Made by a program: the position numbers and the translations under genes | In this document: piece by piece, positions 61,802 to 64,000 of the stretch | How positions within the stretch are numbered: position 1 is the first letter of the stretch | Layout: each line of letters opens with the position of its first letter | The notes under the pieces: model-generated | What the model saw: the letters and a program-made list of their open reading frames with translations, nothing else | Database searches by the model: none | What the model was told of the DNA's origin: nothing | Assembly: GCA_964443325.1 (NCBI GenBank) | Contig: CAYUCL010000006.1 | Span: 14,644 to 78,643 of the forward strand | From: an uncultured Dehalococcoidales bacterium | GTDB taxonomy: Bacteria; Chloroflexota; Dehalococcoidia; E44-bin15 | Reading direction: 5' to 3' | DNA: 64,000 bases

Positions 61802-63109
61802 CTATTCACCTAGCCTGACAATGTTATCGCCGTTCAATCCTTTTGTGACTCCTCTGGTATCAAAGACCAATTTGGACGATGCAACTATCTTCTCGATGTC
61901 ATAGCAACTGTGGGCTGTCGCTATTACTACGCAGTCTAGGGACGACAAACATTTATCAGTGAGTTCTGTCGAGATTAGAACATCATGATCGTGTTGGACC
62001 GTGGGAATGTAGGGATCATTGTATCTCATGCTAGCTCCCCGTTCGCCAAGAAGTTGGATTATTTTCAGGGAAGGGGACTCCCTGATGTCTTCAACATCTT
62101 TCTTATAGGCGACCCCCAGCACCAAGACCTTTGCCCCACAAAGGCTCTTGCCATGGCTGTTGAAGACCTCCATTATGCGTGACACTACATGATAAGGCAT
62201 TTGCTCGTTAACCTCGGCGGCAACTTCAATGAACCTGGTATGGAAGTCATATTCCCTGGCCTTGTTACTCAGATAGTATGGGTCGAGGGGAATACAATGA
62301 CCTCCAAGTCCGGGTCCGGGGTAAAAAGGCATGTAGCCGAAAGGCTTGGTAGCGGCGGCATCAATGACTTCCCAGACGCTTATGCTCATTCTCTCACAAA
62401 GCTGGGCAAGCTCATTGACCAGGGCGATATTCACGCTACGAAAGACGTTCTCAAATAACTTGGTCATCTCGGCTACTTCGGGACAGGACACGGGAGCAAC
62501 GGCTTCGGCTACCTGACTATAAAGGAGTGCAGCAATTCTGGTCGATTGTGGATCTATCCCACCTACTATCTTGGGAATATTCTGGATGTTGTAAGTTTCG
62601 TTGGCGGGGTCAGCTCTTTCTGGTGAGAACGCAAGGTAGAAATCTGAGCCTGCCTTGAGTCCGGAACGTTCCAAGATAGGTAAAACCACCTCCCTCGTAG
62701 TGCCTGGATAAGTGGTGCTTTCAAGAACCACCAGTTGCCCTCTCTGGAGACGCTTTGAAATTTCCTCAGATTCGTGGATCACAGCCGACAGATCTGGTTC
62801 CTTTGTCTTGGTTAGTGGAGTGGGAACACATATGCAGATGGCATCTACTTCCCCAAGCCTGCTCTGGTCTACCGTTGCCTCGAGAACCCTGTCTACCACT
62901 ATGGCCGAAAGGCGATCACTTGTAACATCAGCGATATAGGACTTACCGCTATTGATTGAATTGACTCGTTTTTCCTGGATATCGAACCCAAGAACTTTGA
63001 AGCCTGCGTCCGTAAAAGCAGCGGCGAGAGGGAGGCCAACATAGCCAAGCCCTATTATGCCTAATTTGGCTGACCTATCTTTGATCTTTTCTTTCAATAA
63101 GCTTGGCAA
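61802..63109 (-). CDS. Nucleotide-sugar dehydrogenase (UDP-N-acetyl-D-glucosamine/mannosamine 6-dehydrogenase, WbpA/WecC-like)
   Basis: KLGIIGLGYVGLPLAAAF N-terminus and catalytic Cys region (GGHCIPLDPYYL). 435 aa. It is the first gene of the - arm. Confidence 0.85.
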   Translation of the reverse strand: MPSLLKEKIKDRSAKLGIIGLGYVGLPLAAAFTDAGFKVLGFDIQEKRVNSINSGKSYIADVTSDRLSAIVVDRVLEATVDQSRLGEVDAICICVPTPLTKTKEPDLSAVIHESEEISKRLQRGQLVVLESTTYPGTTREVVLPILERSGLKAGSDFYLAFSPERADPANETYNIQNIPKIVGGIDPQSTRIAALLYSQVAEAVAPVSCPEVAEMTKLFENVFRSVNIALVNELAQLCERMSISVWEVIDAAATKPFGYMPFYPGPGLGGHCIPLDPYYLSNKAREYDFHTRFIEVAAEVNEQMPYHVVSRIMEVFNSHGKSLCGAKVLVLGVAYKKDVEDIRESPSLKIIQLLGERGASMRYNDPYIPTVQHDHDVLISTELTDKCLSSLDCVVIATAHSCYDIEKIVASSKLVFDTRGVTKGLNGDNIVRLGE

Positions 63110-63365
63110 GACTCCCCCTAAAGATTTGGGTACCTCGAATTTCCAACAATTAAGTGCGTTTATTCCCGATGTGGCAGGTCATTTGTCTGGAGTTTTAACC
63201 CCGCCGGCGTAGCTATCACAACTCGACGGTAACACCAAAGCCACGTGACTTTGCCCTATGAGAATATGCGAATTTTGCCTTTCTGGAGCAGGATGTTACA
63301 TCTCTAGCTCTACTTGCCCGACTCAGTTGCTCACGTGCCTAAACTACTGCGTAATGGAGCGCCGC

Positions 63366-63410
63366 GCAATCGGGAAATACCTGAGTTAGGGCTTCGAAAT
63401 ACCTGAGTTG
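63366..63410 (-). repeat. URE copy J in reverse orientation (reverse complement reads CTCAGGTATTTCGAAGCCCTAACTCAGGTATTTCCCGATTGCGCGGCGCTCCATTACGCAGTAGTTTAGG)
   Basis: It is the only copy on the - strand. It lies about 230-260 bp upstream, in the - sense, of the first - strand glycan gene, whose start is at 63109. Confidence 0.75.
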
Positions 63411-63799
63411 GTCATGGAGGAATGCGGATGTAGGAAGTGGTTGGCTCCCTGAACCTTCTCCGGTGTGTGGTTGCCGTTAAGGCCTCATACGTCAGCATGT
63501 TAGTGTGGCTTTAAAAAGCCATATGTCGGTTCCTGGGGGTATTCCTTAATGAGACGAGTTAGTGATTTACGCACGCAGATTAGTAATGCTTTGCTATGAC
63601 GTTGCTTCGGATAGAAGCGGATTCTTTCCTGTTTCTTCCACGCTTTCTCTTCGTGTTACAGCTCTATCTGGGCCGATTCGTGCCCATTGCATATGAGGTG
63701 AAACAATCCCAGGTAATTTGATACTCAAAGTGTAGCCCTAGCTAACCAATCATATCATCCAGGAAGGATGGGATTACCCAGAAGACAAACTCCGTCTCT

Positions 63800-63915
63800 G
63801 CTATCAACATATCCTGTTTGTGTTCTTTGGAGATAAACTCAGGTTTTTCGAAGACCAAACTCAGGGATTTCCTGATTGTGCGCTGAGCCAATTACCGGGA
63901 TTATGGGATGCAAAG
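63800..63915 (+). repeat. URE copy K (two direct repeats plus CTGATTGTGCGCTGAGCCAATTACCGGGATTATGGGATG box)
   Basis: Oriented towards a + strand gene beyond the window end. It is divergent from copy J. Confidence 0.7.
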
Positions 63916-64000
63916 CAAAAACGTTCGGTCACCCTCGGAGTTTTCTTTGTTATCTACTCATTGCGGAGCGATATTTAGGTGGACCTTATTATCATAATTA

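Overview
The window is 64 kb of bacterial chromosome with roughly 50-58% GC in most genes and unusually repeat-rich intergenic DNA. It has two functional halves.

Signalling island and UDP-GlcNAc operon (1-32 kb, all on the + strand):
- Three paralogous PAS-histidine kinase / NarL-LuxR response-regulator modules. One is cut by the window start and one has decayed to a kinase remnant next to an orphan regulator.
- A HisKA kinase whose phospho-accepting His reads Gln, placed just upstream of a REC-PAS-GAF-GGDEF-HD-GYP protein.
- Two paralogous PAS-HD-GYP genes, each followed by a KaiB-like gene. One KaiB-like copy is intact and one is frameshifted.
- A 1764-aa multi-PAS-GAF-GGDEF-HD-GYP protein.
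- A hybrid kinase followed by CheY-like and OmpR-like regulators.
- A glmM-glmU-glmS-like UDP-GlcNAc precursor operon.

Glycan biosynthesis cluster (32-63 kb):
- A roughly 30-kb Wzx/Wzy-type locus with at least 9 glycosyltransferases, WecB, two SDR epimerase/dehydratases, three methyltransferases, a deacetylase, an AsnB-like amidotransferase, a Wzy-like membrane protein and a Wzx flippase.
- It is arranged as two convergent arms (+ strand to 53350, then - strand). An intact IS3-family element with a 3-bp target-site duplication and a frameshifted methyltransferase pseudogene sit at the junction.
- The - arm encodes WbpA/WbpB/WbpE-like enzymes (UDP-sugar dehydrogenase, Gfo/Idh/MocA oxidoreductase, DegT aminotransferase) plus an unusual HAD-ATP-grasp fusion. 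This suggests a 2,3-diamino-uronic acid sugar.

Most striking feature: a 100-170 bp upstream element occurs at least 10 times. It contains 2-3 direct repeats of TCAGG(G/T)ATTTC at 21-22 bp spacing followed by a conserved CCCGATTGTGCGCTGAGCCATAAC..TGTAGTTTAGG box. It is always intergenic, always oriented with the downstream gene (including a - strand copy ahead of the - glycan arm), and sits ahead of the sensor/c-di-GMP genes and both arms of the glycan cluster. I read this as a candidate regulon and promoter cassette. Five sensor genes behind copies of it also share a roughly 45-aa coiled-coil N-terminal leader. The conserved PAS-linker codons (DITERKRAEE) are repeated at least 15 times at the nucleotide level, consistent with cassette shuffling among paralogs.
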